Translations under genes and position numbers: made by a program
Source: an uncultured bacterium
GTDB taxonomy: Bacteria; Acidobacteriota; Thermoanaerobaculia; Multivoradales; JAHZIX01
Direction: 5' to 3'
Length of the DNA: 64,000 nt
Assembly: GCA_965368975.1 (NCBI GenBank)
Contig: CBDUPA010000012.1
Coordinates: forward strand, 83,540 to 147,539
Shown here: piece by piece, positions 1 through 9,528 of the stretch
Layout: the number at the start of each line of letters is the position of its first letter
How positions within the stretch are numbered: the stretch's first letter is position 1
Notes under the pieces: generated by a model
Database searches by the model: none
What the model was told of the DNA's origin: nothing
The model's input: only the letters and a program-made list of their open reading frames with translations

Positions 1-609
1 GCAAGTACTGCAGCTGCGGCAGCTCGTGCTGCGCCGCCGCTGCCAGTCCCGGGCGGCGCAGCCGCAGCCAGACCTCGACCGCCGTAGCGTCTGTAGCGGT
101 CGCGTCCGCGAGCACGACGCCCGGGTGGAGCCTGGCGCGGTAGTCGTCGCTGCTGCGGCCACGGCGCACGGGCTCGGGGTCGAAGTCGGCGAACAGCTCG
201 GCTGCCGGACGCTGCAGCTCGCGCGCGGCTCGTTGCACGGGGTCGCTGTTCGTCGGCGGGATGGGTGTTGGTGGTAGGAGTGGCGGGGGCTCGCTCACCG
301 GAACCCGTGCGGCGCGCAGTTGCAGCACGTCGTCGATCGGCAGCACGTCGGGACGCGACCCCAGGTAGTCGGTGAACAGTTGGAAGGTAGGGCCCAGGTC
401 GCTGGCGGCGTCGATCAGGCGCTGCGCCCAGAGGCCGTCCGCGGCCTGGGAGTCGGTCGGGTTCGCGTCCGAGGAAGGTGTCGGGGCAGCCCCTCCGAAC
501 CAGCCCTGCTGCTCGAACCAGCTCGATCTTTCGAACAGGCCGTGCTGGGCCAGGCAGGCCTCGACGCGGTGACGAGCGTCGTCGCGGTGCACGCGGTGAC
601 CGGCGCGCC

Positions 610-1914
610 TCACGGTGCACCTCCGCCGACGGTTGCGTCTCGACCTGCTGGCGCGTCCCGATCTGCTGGCGCGCCTCGATATGCTGGCGTGCCGCGCTCG
701 CGGGCCGCTCGCGCCAGCTGGACCACCACCGCGCTGGCGCCCGGACCTCTGCCGCCGCTGGCGCCACCCTCGGCGTGGGCCAGCAGGGCACGCACCGGCT
801 CGATCAGCCGGACGTGCCAGGGGCTCGAGGTGACCGCTGGATGGTCGAGGAAGGCGTCGACCTCGGGGCCGGCGGGGGCCAGGCTGCGGCGCAGGAGCAG
901 GGCCGAGGCCACACCCTCGACGAAGGCGGCGTCGACCGCTTCGGGGTCGTGGCGCACGAAACGTTCGAGCACGAGAGGTCGCTCCAGGTTGACCAGGGTC
1001 GCGGCGTAGGCGATCCCGGCACTGCCGTTGTCGAGCGCCAGGCGATGCGGCGCTTCGTGCCGCAGGCGGCGCAGGGCGGCGTCGACAGTGCTGTAGCCCG
1101 GTAGCAGGTGCAGTGGCAGGAAGTAGAGCGCGCGCCCGACGCCGTGCCAGTAGACGACACTCACTGACGCTCTCGCGGCTGCCGGGTCCTGGCGCGCCAG
1201 CGCATCGCAAGCGCGGCCGAGGTCGGCGGTCAACTCGGGGAAGAAGCAGCGCACGGTGAGACCGAGGGCCTCCACCGCCGCGTCCTCGTGCGCGGTCTCG
1301 GCGTTGGCCTGGCACAGCGCCAGGAAGTCCTGCAGCACGCGGCGCGCGCCGTCGTCGTCGCCCGGCTGGAGAGCGGTGCACAGGTGTTCGGCCAGTGCCA
1401 TGCCCATGCCCAGGTGCGCCATGATCAGGGCGCCGTCGCTCAGCCGCAGGTCGTGCAGCAGACCGCGCGGTGCGGGGTCGTGGGCCAGCACGGCGGCGGC
1501 GTGGCCGTGACCGAGACCCTCGAGCAGCCAGGGCGCGTGGCTCGAGTCCAGGCCGAGAGCGTGCTCGGCGGCGACTTCGAAGACCTCGCGGCGCGCGGCC
1601 CGTTCATGAGGGCCGAGGCTGCTGCTGGCGCGGCGCACCAGGGTGTAGACCTCGAGCTTGTCGAGCAGTTCCTGGCGCACGGCGGTGCCGTCGGCGCTGG
1701 GGGCCAGGGCGCTCAGGGCGGCGTGGGTGTCGCTGGCCAGGCGCTCGCCGAAGCGGCGCCAGGTCGTCGCGGACAGGTCGCCGGGCAGCAGGTCGAACCA
1801 CTCGTTCTGGAAGTCGTCGCCGAGCCGGAAGAGGAGCTGCGGCAGCGGCGCCATGCGCCGGCGCGCGCGCAGGGAGAAGGCGTCGAGGGCGGCGGCGGCC
1901 GTGCGCAGGATCAC
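610..1914 (-). CDS. hypothetical protein; 4-nt overlap (ATGA) with upstream UbiB-like gene suggests co-translation
   Basis: 434-aa ORF immediately downstream of and overlapping the ABC1 kinase gene; no recognisable motif; high-GC genome so spurious ORF cannot be excluded. Confidence 0.4.
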   Translation of the reverse strand: MILRTAAAALDAFSLRARRRMAPLPQLLFRLGDDFQNEWFDLLPGDLSATTWRRFGERLASDTHAALSALAPSADGTAVRQELLDKLEVYTLVRRASSSLGPHERAARREVFEVAAEHALGLDSSHAPWLLEGLGHGHAAAVLAHDPAPRGLLHDLRLSDGALIMAHLGMGMALAEHLCTALQPGDDDGARRVLQDFLALCQANAETAHEDAAVEALGLTVRCFFPELTADLGRACDALARQDPAAARASVSVVYWHGVGRALYFLPLHLLPGYSTVDAALRRLRHEAPHRLALDNGSAGIAYAATLVNLERPLVLERFVRHDPEAVDAAFVEGVASALLLRRSLAPAGPEVDAFLDHPAVTSSPWHVRLIEPVRALLAHAEGGASGGRGPGASAVVVQLARAARERGTPAYRGAPADRDAPAGRDATVGGGAP

Positions 1915-3563
1915 GCCAGGCTCCGCAGGTTCGCCGCCAGGGCCAGGGCGGTGGCGGTGGTGAAGGTGAGGGCGGCGGTGAGCAGGTTGAGGCCGAGCGC
2001 CGGGTCGGGCAGGGAGGCGGCGACGGCGGCGCCACCGAGGGTGGCCAGCGCCAGCTGCACGGCGCGCGTGCGCCGCTGCTTGCCGGGCTGTGACCGCAGG
2101 TGGACGCGCACCGGCACGTCACCGGTGTTCAGGCGGTCGAGCAGGCGTGCTCCGCGCGCCGGGCCGTCGTGCAGCAGCTGCGCCGAGGCGGTGGTCCAGT
2201 CGAGCAGAGAATCGCTGCTCAGCAAGCGGCCTCGGTACTGCCAGCGCAGCAGACCGGCGCAGCGCTCGGCCAGGTAGGCGCTGAGGTCGAAGTCAGGCTC
2301 GAAGCGGGTGACCAGGCCGTCGATGGCGATCGAGGAGCGGATGTACTTGATGACGTTGCGCTCGGGCATGACGTTGGTGCGCCGGGACAGGTGCAGCATT
2401 TCGGTCATCACGCGCGTGAAGTTGGCCACCAGGCGTGGCCCGTCGGGGCCGTCGGCATACCAATCCGCCGACAGCGTGTCGAGGCCGGCCCGGAAGCCCT
2501 CGAGGTCGGACCCGTCGTCCCAGATGGTGACGCGCAGGAATTGCTCGTGGAACGTGTCCATGTCGCCGCGGGCGAGCGCCAGTGTCATGCGCATCAGGTG
2601 GCGGCGGGCGTACTCGTTCATCACGCCGGTGATGCCGAAGTCGATGTAGCCGACCACGTTGCGGTCCAGAATCATCAAGTTGGCCGGGTGCAAGTCGGCG
2701 TGGTAGACGCCCAGCTCGAAAGCGTTGGCCAGGAAGTTGTCGATCACGTGGCTCGCCACCTGCCGGCGGTCGAACCCGCGGCTGGCCAGGCGGCGCGACA
2801 AGACCTCGTCGCCGTGCTCGCGGGCGCGCAGGTAGTCGAGCAGGGTGACGCCGTCCAGGAACTCGACCACCAGCGTTCGGCGCGTGGTGTAGCGGTCGTA
2901 GACGCGCGGCACGTACTGGCCCGCGCGCCCCTGGATCCGCTGGCGCAGCGTCTCGGAGCAGCGCGCTTCGTGACGGTAGTCGAGCTCTTCACGCGTCCAG
3001 TCGACGAACTCGCGCAGCGGCTCGAGTAGCCAGTACAGCGGCGCCAGGCGCAGCCCACGGATGGTGGCCATCAGCGCCAGCATCATGCGGATGTCGCTCT
3101 TGAATTCACTGTCGACGTTGGGCCGTTGCACCTTGACCGCGACCTTCTGCCCGTCGAGCCAGGCGACGTGGACCTGTCCCACCGAGGCGGTGGCCAGCGG
3201 TTCGCGCTCGATCGAGTCGAAAACCTCGTCGGGCGCGCGCCCGAGTTCTTCTTCGACGATGCGCTCGACGTCGTGCCAGCCGAACGGGTCGACCTGGTCG
3301 AGCAGCTTGAACAGGGCGTTGCAGTACGCTAGCGGCAGGATGTCCGGTTGCAGGGCCAGCATCTGTCCCAGCTTCACGAAGGTACCGCCCAGGTCTTCGA
3401 GCGCCAGCCGCAGGCGCTCGGGACCCGGCAAGGACGGCCCCCAGCGGCGCGCCGCCCAGCTGGGTCCGCGTTGATGCAGCAGGTGCCCTAGGAGATGCGC
3501 CAGTCCATGGCGCAGGGCGATGCCGGCGACATGCACGAAGCGGCGCGGGGTGGTGGCACGCAT
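1911..3563 (-). CDS. ABC1/UbiB-family atypical protein kinase
   Basis: Motifs FVKLGQMLALQPDILP, ASVGQVHVA, VAVKVQRP and HADLHPANL are typical of ABC1/AarF/UbiB kinases; 550 aa. Confidence 0.8.
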   Translation of the reverse strand: MRATTPRRFVHVAGIALRHGLAHLLGHLLHQRGPSWAARRWGPSLPGPERLRLALEDLGGTFVKLGQMLALQPDILPLAYCNALFKLLDQVDPFGWHDVERIVEEELGRAPDEVFDSIEREPLATASVGQVHVAWLDGQKVAVKVQRPNVDSEFKSDIRMMLALMATIRGLRLAPLYWLLEPLREFVDWTREELDYRHEARCSETLRQRIQGRAGQYVPRVYDRYTTRRTLVVEFLDGVTLLDYLRAREHGDEVLSRRLASRGFDRRQVASHVIDNFLANAFELGVYHADLHPANLMILDRNVVGYIDFGITGVMNEYARRHLMRMTLALARGDMDTFHEQFLRVTIWDDGSDLEGFRAGLDTLSADWYADGPDGPRLVANFTRVMTEMLHLSRRTNVMPERNVIKYIRSSIAIDGLVTRFEPDFDLSAYLAERCAGLLRWQYRGRLLSSDSLLDWTTASAQLLHDGPARGARLLDRLNTGDVPVRVHLRSQPGKQRRTRAVQLALATLGGAAVAASLPDPALGLNLLTAALTFTTATALALAANLRSLA

Positions 3564-3567
3564 CGTC

Positions 3568-5250
3568 TCAGGCTCCAGCCTGGTCCAGAATGGAGCCGAA
3601 GAAGATCGACTTGCGGCGCTCCAGCATCTCGGCGATCGCGGCCTCCATGCGCTGGCGCACTTCCTGGCTCAGCTGGCGGACCAGCTCGGCGTCGTCGGCA
3701 GCGGCGGGGCCCTGCGCGTCGAAGTACTCGGCGACCGGCACGGGTTGCAGAAAGCGGGTGTGCCACTTGGAGGGCAGGGGCACGGTGCCCATGGTCGGGG
3801 TAATGGGCAGGTAGGGCCATTCGCTGAAGCGCTTGAACCAGCTCCAGTCGATGCGGCCGAAGATCGGGAAGATCTCGGCACTGCCGACGGTGACGAAGGG
3901 CACGATCGGTGCGCCGTGGCGTAGCGCCGCCTTGACGAATTCGTCGCGCCCGAAGCGCCCCAACTTGTAGGCGTCGCGGTAGGGCGTGAAGGCGCCGCGG
4001 ATGCCCTCGGGAAAGATGGCGAGGAGACCGTCGTTTTCGAGGATGCGGGCGCTGTTGTCGCGGCAGGCGTGCAGGCCGCCGCAGCGCAGCATGTAGGGCG
4101 CCAGGAAGGGAAACTTGACCAGCGTCGGATGGATCAGGAAGCGAGGGTAGCGCTGCAGCTCGCGCACCAGCAGGTGCAGCATCATGACGCCGTCCCAGGG
4201 CTGGTGGCCGCGGTGGACGCCGGCGAGCACCGCGCGCCCGCTGCGCGGCACGTGCTCCAGGCCCGCGACCTCGATGCGCCACCAGGCGTCGTGCAGGAAG
4301 CGGAAGAGCGTCTTGCCCAGGCGGCCGATGTACGCCGGGTCCATGCCGAAGTCGTCGTACCGGTTGGGCAGCGGCGACGCCGCGGAATTCTGCTGTGGGT
4401 CGCCCCGCGGCCCGGCGAAGGTGCGGGCGACCTCGGCGCTGGAGATGGCCGGTTCGACGCCCAGCTCGCGCCGCAACGTCTCGCCGCCGGCGGTCCAGCT
4501 GTGGCGCAGGTAGTCGCTGGCGTCGGCGGAGCGCGGCTGCAGCGGCGACGGCAGGCGACGGCTACCGGCGTGCCGTAGCGCCTGGCGCAGCGGTACGGCG
4601 ACCGGCGGCACGACGTGGTAGACACCGTTCTGCCCGCGCTGCACCCGGCGTTCGAGCAAGGCTTCGAGCGCGGCGGCCAGGTCGTCGAGACTGAGCAGTT
4701 GCACGGTCGGGTCGAATCCGACAGGCACGACAGCCCAGCGGCCGGGGTTTCGTCCGCTGAGCAGACGGGAGACGAGATCGTGGGCACCCGGCACCGGCGT
4801 GGGCGCCGGGCGCAGAATGGACAGGCGCGCGTCGGCGGCCGCGGCCAGTTCCGCGGCGCGCGCTTCCAAGGCCCGCCAGGCGTCGGCGATCGGATTGCGC
4901 TTGCGCGCCGCGCCGCGGTACTGCTCGCTCACCAGGCCCGCGTGGTGGTGGCTGGGAGCGTGGACGGCGGTGCTCGAGATCAGCACCAGGTGGCGCACCC
5001 CTGGTGGTAGTTCGTCGCTCGCCAGCGGTCCGCGCTGGCGCGCGGCGTCGAGCACGGCGGGGTCCCAGCACGGCGGCTGCGCCCACACGAGGGTGCTCGC
5101 CTCGGGGACCTCCTGTGTCGCTGCCGACTCGGGCGCAAACCACTGCCAGCTACCGCCCTGCCGCGCTTCCAGCGCTCGCTGCAGGTGGTCGCGCCAGGCA
5201 CCACGAGGGGCGCTGATGGCGACCGACGGACCGGCTGTGCCTTGGCTCAT
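3568..5250 (-). CDS. fusion protein: degenerate NAD-epimerase/SDR-like N-domain plus PlsC-type lysophospholipid acyltransferase C-domain
   Basis: C-terminal HRGHQPWDGVMM (HX4D acyltransferase motif) and FPEGIRG; N-terminal VRHLVLISSTAVH resembles an extended-SDR beta-strand but the GxxGxxG motif is absent. Confidence 0.65.
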   Translation of the reverse strand: MSQGTAGPSVAISAPRGAWRDHLQRALEARQGGSWQWFAPESAATQEVPEASTLVWAQPPCWDPAVLDAARQRGPLASDELPPGVRHLVLISSTAVHAPSHHHAGLVSEQYRGAARKRNPIADAWRALEARAAELAAAADARLSILRPAPTPVPGAHDLVSRLLSGRNPGRWAVVPVGFDPTVQLLSLDDLAAALEALLERRVQRGQNGVYHVVPPVAVPLRQALRHAGSRRLPSPLQPRSADASDYLRHSWTAGGETLRRELGVEPAISSAEVARTFAGPRGDPQQNSAASPLPNRYDDFGMDPAYIGRLGKTLFRFLHDAWWRIEVAGLEHVPRSGRAVLAGVHRGHQPWDGVMMLHLLVRELQRYPRFLIHPTLVKFPFLAPYMLRCGGLHACRDNSARILENDGLLAIFPEGIRGAFTPYRDAYKLGRFGRDEFVKAALRHGAPIVPFVTVGSAEIFPIFGRIDWSWFKRFSEWPYLPITPTMGTVPLPSKWHTRFLQPVPVAEYFDAQGPAAADDAELVRQLSQEVRQRMEAAIAEMLERRKSIFFGSILDQAGA

Positions 5251-5301
5251 GCGTCGTCTTCCTCAACTCCCCGGAAGCTGGCCACAGTCTCCAGCTCGCC
5301 G

Positions 5302-5607
5302 CTAGGCGGCGCTCTCGGCGGCCATCGCGGGTGCAGCGGCCGTCGCAGGTTCAGCAGTGGACGCCGTTCCCGCGTTCTTCAGAATCAGGTCGACGGCATC
5401 CTGGATCGTGCGCAACTGCTGCAGCCGTTCCTCCGGCAGCCCCAGCTGGAAGGCGTAGTCGATGTCGATGCCGATCTCGAGCAGCGACAGGGAGTCGAGG
5501 TCGAGATCGTCGAGAAACGAATCCTGATCGCCGATGGTTTCGGGGTCGATGCTGGTGATGCTGGCAATGATCTCTTTGACCTTGCTCCGAACTTCAGTTA
5601 CGTCCAT
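5302..5607 (-). CDS. acyl carrier protein
   Basis: DLDLDSLSLLE phosphopantetheine attachment motif; start chosen at MDVTEV with GAGGAGAA RBS 6 nt upstream; ORF-track start at 5640 rejected. Confidence 0.8.
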   Translation of the reverse strand: MDVTEVRSKVKEIIASITSIDPETIGDQDSFLDDLDLDSLSLLEIGIDIDYAFQLGLPEERLQQLRTIQDAVDLILKNAGTASTAEPATAAAPAMAAESAA

Positions 5608-5808
5608 AGCAATTCTCCTCAGCCGGTTCCCGGGCCACATGGCCCACAGCGGGCACTCCGCAGAAGTCTCTTGCAGAGAAGGTGCTGAATACTACCAATT
5701 GCTGAAGGTTTGTGGTAGTCGGTTGACGGGATGACGTCGGACCAGGCGTCAGCCAGCCGGTGGACGCCAACCAGGGGACACCCGCCGCGCGCGCCGCGCG
5801 CACTGTGA

Positions 5809-6120
5809 TCACAGCTGTCTCCGGTCGAGTTGCAGGGCCACGGCTACCACCCGCACGACCAGTTGCACCCGACTATTGACCGCTAGCTTGCGGTAGATGC
5901 GTTCGAGATAGGTGTGCACGGTGTGCGGCGAGATACCCAAGTGCTGCGCGATGGTGATCTCCTTGCCATCGTCGAAGACGCCGCGCACAATCTGGAGCTC
6001 CCGCGGCGACAGCGCCAAGATCTCGGCCAACTCGTTCCACTGCGCGATGGAAAAGATCTCGTGACCCTCTGGCTCCCAAGGCTGCGATGGGTCAGGTAGG
6101 ACCCTCTGTGCCTTGGCCAT
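5809..6120 (-). CDS. LuxR-family HTH transcriptional regulator (C-terminal LuxR/GerE domain)
   Basis: LSPRELQIVRGVFDDGKEITIAQHLGISPHTVHTYLERIYRKL matches the LuxR-type HTH; divergent from the TIR-STAND gene. Confidence 0.75.
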   Translation of the reverse strand: MAKAQRVLPDPSQPWEPEGHEIFSIAQWNELAEILALSPRELQIVRGVFDDGKEITIAQHLGISPHTVHTYLERIYRKLAVNSRVQLVVRVVAVALQLDRRQL

Positions 6121-6441
6121 GTCTCCCTCCTCTCGATGCTGCCGACTTAGTTGAGACCAGGACCTGCCAAGGAAATAAATATCAGTCTTTCTTTAATCTT
6201 ATAGCAAGACGGATCTCTGTCGAAGTCCCCCGGCCAGACGTCGGCTCTCCAGGGGGCATTTGCATGTGGTCGCATCTACTAGATCCGAGCCCACACTGCG
6301 GTGCCGGGGGCTGCGCCCTCCGGCCCGGTCCCTCGGCGGATCGAGCGTCGCCCCCAGCGAACTGTGTGGACCACATCCCAGACCGTCTCCGCTACAATCC
6401 CCTCGACCCTTCGCCACTTTTCGCAACCGGGGGATTGCTGC

Positions 6442-9306
6442 ATGCCCGAGCCGCTGTCTGTTTTTATTTCCTACTCACAAAAAGACGAGGCCTACCGTGA
6501 GGCTTTCGTCACGCACTGCGCCACGTTGCAGCAGCAAGGCTGGATCGATGCCTGGCACGATGGCCTGATCCCAACTGGTGAGGAATGGGAAGATGCGATT
6601 CTGGGCAAGCTGCGGAGCGCTCAGTTCGTGATGTGCCTGGTGTCGGCGAACTCGCTGGCGTCGGAGTACTGCTGCAAAGAGCGCGACGATGCGTTGGCGC
6701 GCGGTAAGCAATGCCTGGTGATTCCAGTGATTCTGGACGACTGTGACTGGCAGGCTTCACCGTTCGGTCGGCTGCAAGCCTTGCCCAAGCAGGCGGCGAT
6801 TGTGCCGGTGGCACTGTGGGAGAACCAGAATAGCGGTTGGAACAGCGTCATCCAGAGTCTGCGGCAGCTGATCAGGGAATGGTTTCCCACTCGAGCGAAA
6901 CAGGCGGCCTGGCCGAAGCCCAAGGGGCAGGTTGACGTCAACATCCACCGCCTCCCCACTCCCGGCCCGACCTTCGTCGGCCGCACGGACGAACTCGCCC
7001 GCCTCGACGCTGCCTGGACGAATCCGGACGTCCGCATCTTCAGCGTCGTGGCCGCGGGTGGCTTCGGCAAGTCGGCGCTGGTGCACCGGTGGACGCAGCA
7101 GTTGCAGGCGGACGGCTGGCGGGGCGCGGAGCGGGTGTTTGCGTGGTCGTTCTACTCTCAGGGGACGGCGGAAGCCCCGCAAGCTGGAGAAAGAGGGTCT
7201 CGACGCACGGCGGCGTCGGGGGAGCCGTTCTTGATCGAGGCGTTGGAGTGGTTCGGATGGGAGGGAGGGATACCCGCTTCAGCGAACAAGAAGGGCGAAG
7301 TCCTCGCCGACCTCGTGGCATCGACACGCACGCTCCTGATCCTGGACGGCCTGGAACCACTGCAACAGAGCAGCGAACTCCCCGGCGAGGCGGGCCACCG
7401 ACTGCTCGACCCGGGGATCAAGGCGTTCTTGCGCCAGCTGGCGACGAGTAACGCCGAGGGATTGTGCGTGCTGACGACACGGCTGCAAGTTGCCGACCTG
7501 GCGTCGCGGGAGGCTTCGACGGCGCCGGTGCTGCGGTTGGAGAAGTTGGAGAAGGCGACGGGCGCGGCGTTGTTGGAGGCGGTGGGGGTGACGGGGCCTC
7601 GGAAGGAGCTGGAGCGGGTGAGCAAGGAGTTCGAGGGGCATGCGTTGACGTTGCAGCTCTTTGGGACCTACCTGGTGAGGTACCACGGCGGCGGCATCAA
7701 GCACCGGACGGAGGTGCCGTCGCTTGTGACCAAGAAGGGGTTCCAGAATCCGGTAGAACGGGTGTTCAAGGCGTACGTCGAGCAGATGACGCCGGAGCAG
7801 TTGCGGGTGTTGTTGCTGCTCGGGCTGTTCGACCGTCCCGCCGAGCCGGAGGCGGTGGAGGCGGTACGGGCGGAGCCGGCGATTGCGGGGCTGACGGAGG
7901 GGATCAGCGCGGCGGACGAGGAGGCGTGGGTGGATGCGGTTGTCGAGCTGGAAGACTTGGGGTTGTTGCGGCGGGAGGGAGGAGCCTTGGACGCTCACCC
8001 TCTGGTGCGCGAGAGCTTCGGCGCGCGGTTGCAGACGGAGCACGCGGAGGCGTGGCGACAGGGCAATCGGCGGCTGTACGAGTATTACCAGGCGTCGACG
8101 GACGAGTTCCCGGAGACGCTGGAGCAGATGCTGCCGCTGTACACGGCGGTGGTGCATGGGTGTCGGGCGGGGTTGGAGCAGGAGGCGCTGCACGAGGTGT
8201 TGTTCAAGCGCATCAAGCGGGCTAGCGAATTCTACAGCACCAAGAAGCTCGGCGCCTTCGGCTCGGAGCTGACGGCGTTAGCGGCGCTGTTCGAGCGGCC
8301 CTGGGACCGTCCCGCCGTCGCGCTGACGGCAGCGGCCCAGGCGTGGCTGCTCAACCAGGCCGCCTTCGTGCTGCGCGCCCTGGGGCGGCTGTCGGAGGCG
8401 GTGGCGCCGATGGAGGCGGCGCTGGAGCTCGGCATCAAGCAGGAGAACTGGAAAGCAGCCGCGACCCGTGCCAGCAACCTCAGCGAGCTGACGCTGACGC
8501 TGGGGCGGGTGGCGGATGCGGTCGAGTTCGGGGCGCGCGGCGTCGAGTTGGCGGATCGGAGTGGGGATGAGTTCCAACGCATGGGTAACCGCACCACCCA
8601 GGCCGACGCGCTGCACCAGGCCGGCGTAATCGAGGCCGAATCAGGCGACGCCAGCGCGGCGCGCTTCGCCGAGGCCGAAGCGCTGCAGGCGGAGCGGCAG
8701 CCGCAGTACCCGAAGCTGTACTCGGTTCAGGGCTACCAGTACTGCGACCTGCTGCTGACGCAGTGCGCGCGGGCTGTGGACGTCTCGGCCGTGGACCTCT
8801 CGGCGGGGGAGCGGGCGGAGAAGCTCGACGCGGTGCGGCAGCGGGCGGAGACGACGTTGGCGTGGTTGACCCAGGCAGGGAAAGACGTCCTATCTGTCGC
8901 CCTGGACCACCTGACGCTCGGCCGGGTCCACCTGGCCCTGGAGCAGGTGAGCGAAGCGGCCCTGGCGCTGGAGCGGGCGGTGGCGGGGCTGCGGCAGGCT
9001 GGACACGAGTGGTTTTTACCCGCTGGCCTGTTGGCCCGCGCCGCGCTGCACCGCCACACCGGCGACGGCACGTCCGCCCGCCGTGACCTCGACGAAGCGC
9101 TGGAGATCGCCGAGCGGGGATCGATGCGGCTGCACGAGGCGGATGCGCACCTGGAGTGGGCGCGGTTGTTGTTGTCGGAGGGGAAGGTCGAGGAGGCGCG
9201 GGGGCACGTGGCGGTGGCGCGGCGGATTGTGGACGAGACGGGGTATGGGCGGCGTCAGCCTGAGATTGCGGAATTAGAGGAAAGGTTGGCGGTAGGTTCT
9301 GGGTAG
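6442..9306 (+). CDS. TIR domain - STAND NTPase (NB-ARC/NACHT-like) - TPR repeat protein
   Basis: N-terminal SVFISYSQKDEAYREAF TIR-like; Walker A VVAAGGFGKSAL; Walker B LLILDGLEP; C-terminal TPR-like helical repeats; start moved to ATG 6442 (MPEPLSVF) with GGGGGA RBS. Confidence 0.8.
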   Translation: MPEPLSVFISYSQKDEAYREAFVTHCATLQQQGWIDAWHDGLIPTGEEWEDAILGKLRSAQFVMCLVSANSLASEYCCKERDDALARGKQCLVIPVILDDCDWQASPFGRLQALPKQAAIVPVALWENQNSGWNSVIQSLRQLIREWFPTRAKQAAWPKPKGQVDVNIHRLPTPGPTFVGRTDELARLDAAWTNPDVRIFSVVAAGGFGKSALVHRWTQQLQADGWRGAERVFAWSFYSQGTAEAPQAGERGSRRTAASGEPFLIEALEWFGWEGGIPASANKKGEVLADLVASTRTLLILDGLEPLQQSSELPGEAGHRLLDPGIKAFLRQLATSNAEGLCVLTTRLQVADLASREASTAPVLRLEKLEKATGAALLEAVGVTGPRKELERVSKEFEGHALTLQLFGTYLVRYHGGGIKHRTEVPSLVTKKGFQNPVERVFKAYVEQMTPEQLRVLLLLGLFDRPAEPEAVEAVRAEPAIAGLTEGISAADEEAWVDAVVELEDLGLLRREGGALDAHPLVRESFGARLQTEHAEAWRQGNRRLYEYYQASTDEFPETLEQMLPLYTAVVHGCRAGLEQEALHEVLFKRIKRASEFYSTKKLGAFGSELTALAALFERPWDRPAVALTAAAQAWLLNQAAFVLRALGRLSEAVAPMEAALELGIKQENWKAAATRASNLSELTLTLGRVADAVEFGARGVELADRSGDEFQRMGNRTTQADALHQAGVIEAESGDASAARFAEAEALQAERQPQYPKLYSVQGYQYCDLLLTQCARAVDVSAVDLSAGERAEKLDAVRQRAETTLAWLTQAGKDVLSVALDHLTLGRVHLALEQVSEAALALERAVAGLRQAGHEWFLPAGLLARAALHRHTGDGTSARRDLDEALEIAERGSMRLHEADAHLEWARLLLSEGKVEEARGHVAVARRIVDETGYGRRQPEIAELEERLAVGSG

Positions 9307-9500
9307 GGGCGTCCCCATGTGGGCGCCCTGCGGCGGAACGCCGCATCCGGATCCGGATCCGGAGGGCGCAATGCCTTGCGCCCCTACGACCCTCCCGCCC
9401 CCCGAACGATACGCATGCGGGATGACATTACCGATGCGGACGTTCGGGGTCCCAGGTTTGACCCTCCTTCCACCCCGGTGATAGCGTCCAAACGACCCTA
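9306..9500. repeat. GC-rich palindromic repeat element, copy 1 (family with hairpin modules AGGGCGCAnnnnTGCGCCCCTAC and conserved CCGAACGTTACG core)
   Basis: Shares gggcgcaatgccttgcgcccctacgacc and ccgaacg(t/a)tacgcat blocks with the copies at 18172 and 19354. Confidence 0.6.
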
Positions 9501-9528
9501 CGCCCAAGGAAACCGAAGGAAAAACCCA

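Noticed and set aside
26-1160. Several overlapping ORFs at the window start (26..277, 320..1009, 478..1104, 804..1160)
   Set aside because: All overlap the 610..1914 minus-strand ORF or each other, with Arg/Ala-rich low-complexity products and no motif support.
6301-6441. ORF-track 5' extension of the TIR-STAND gene (MPGAAPSGP...)
   Set aside because: No RBS, whereas the internal ATG at 6442 has a GGGGGA RBS and begins exactly at the TIR domain (MPEPLSVFISYSQ).
9319-9528. ORF-track 5' extension of the FHA-GGDEF gene
   Set aside because: The extension is encoded by the palindromic repeat element shared with two other intergenic loci, so it is unlikely to be coding. An AAGGA RBS precedes GTG 9529.
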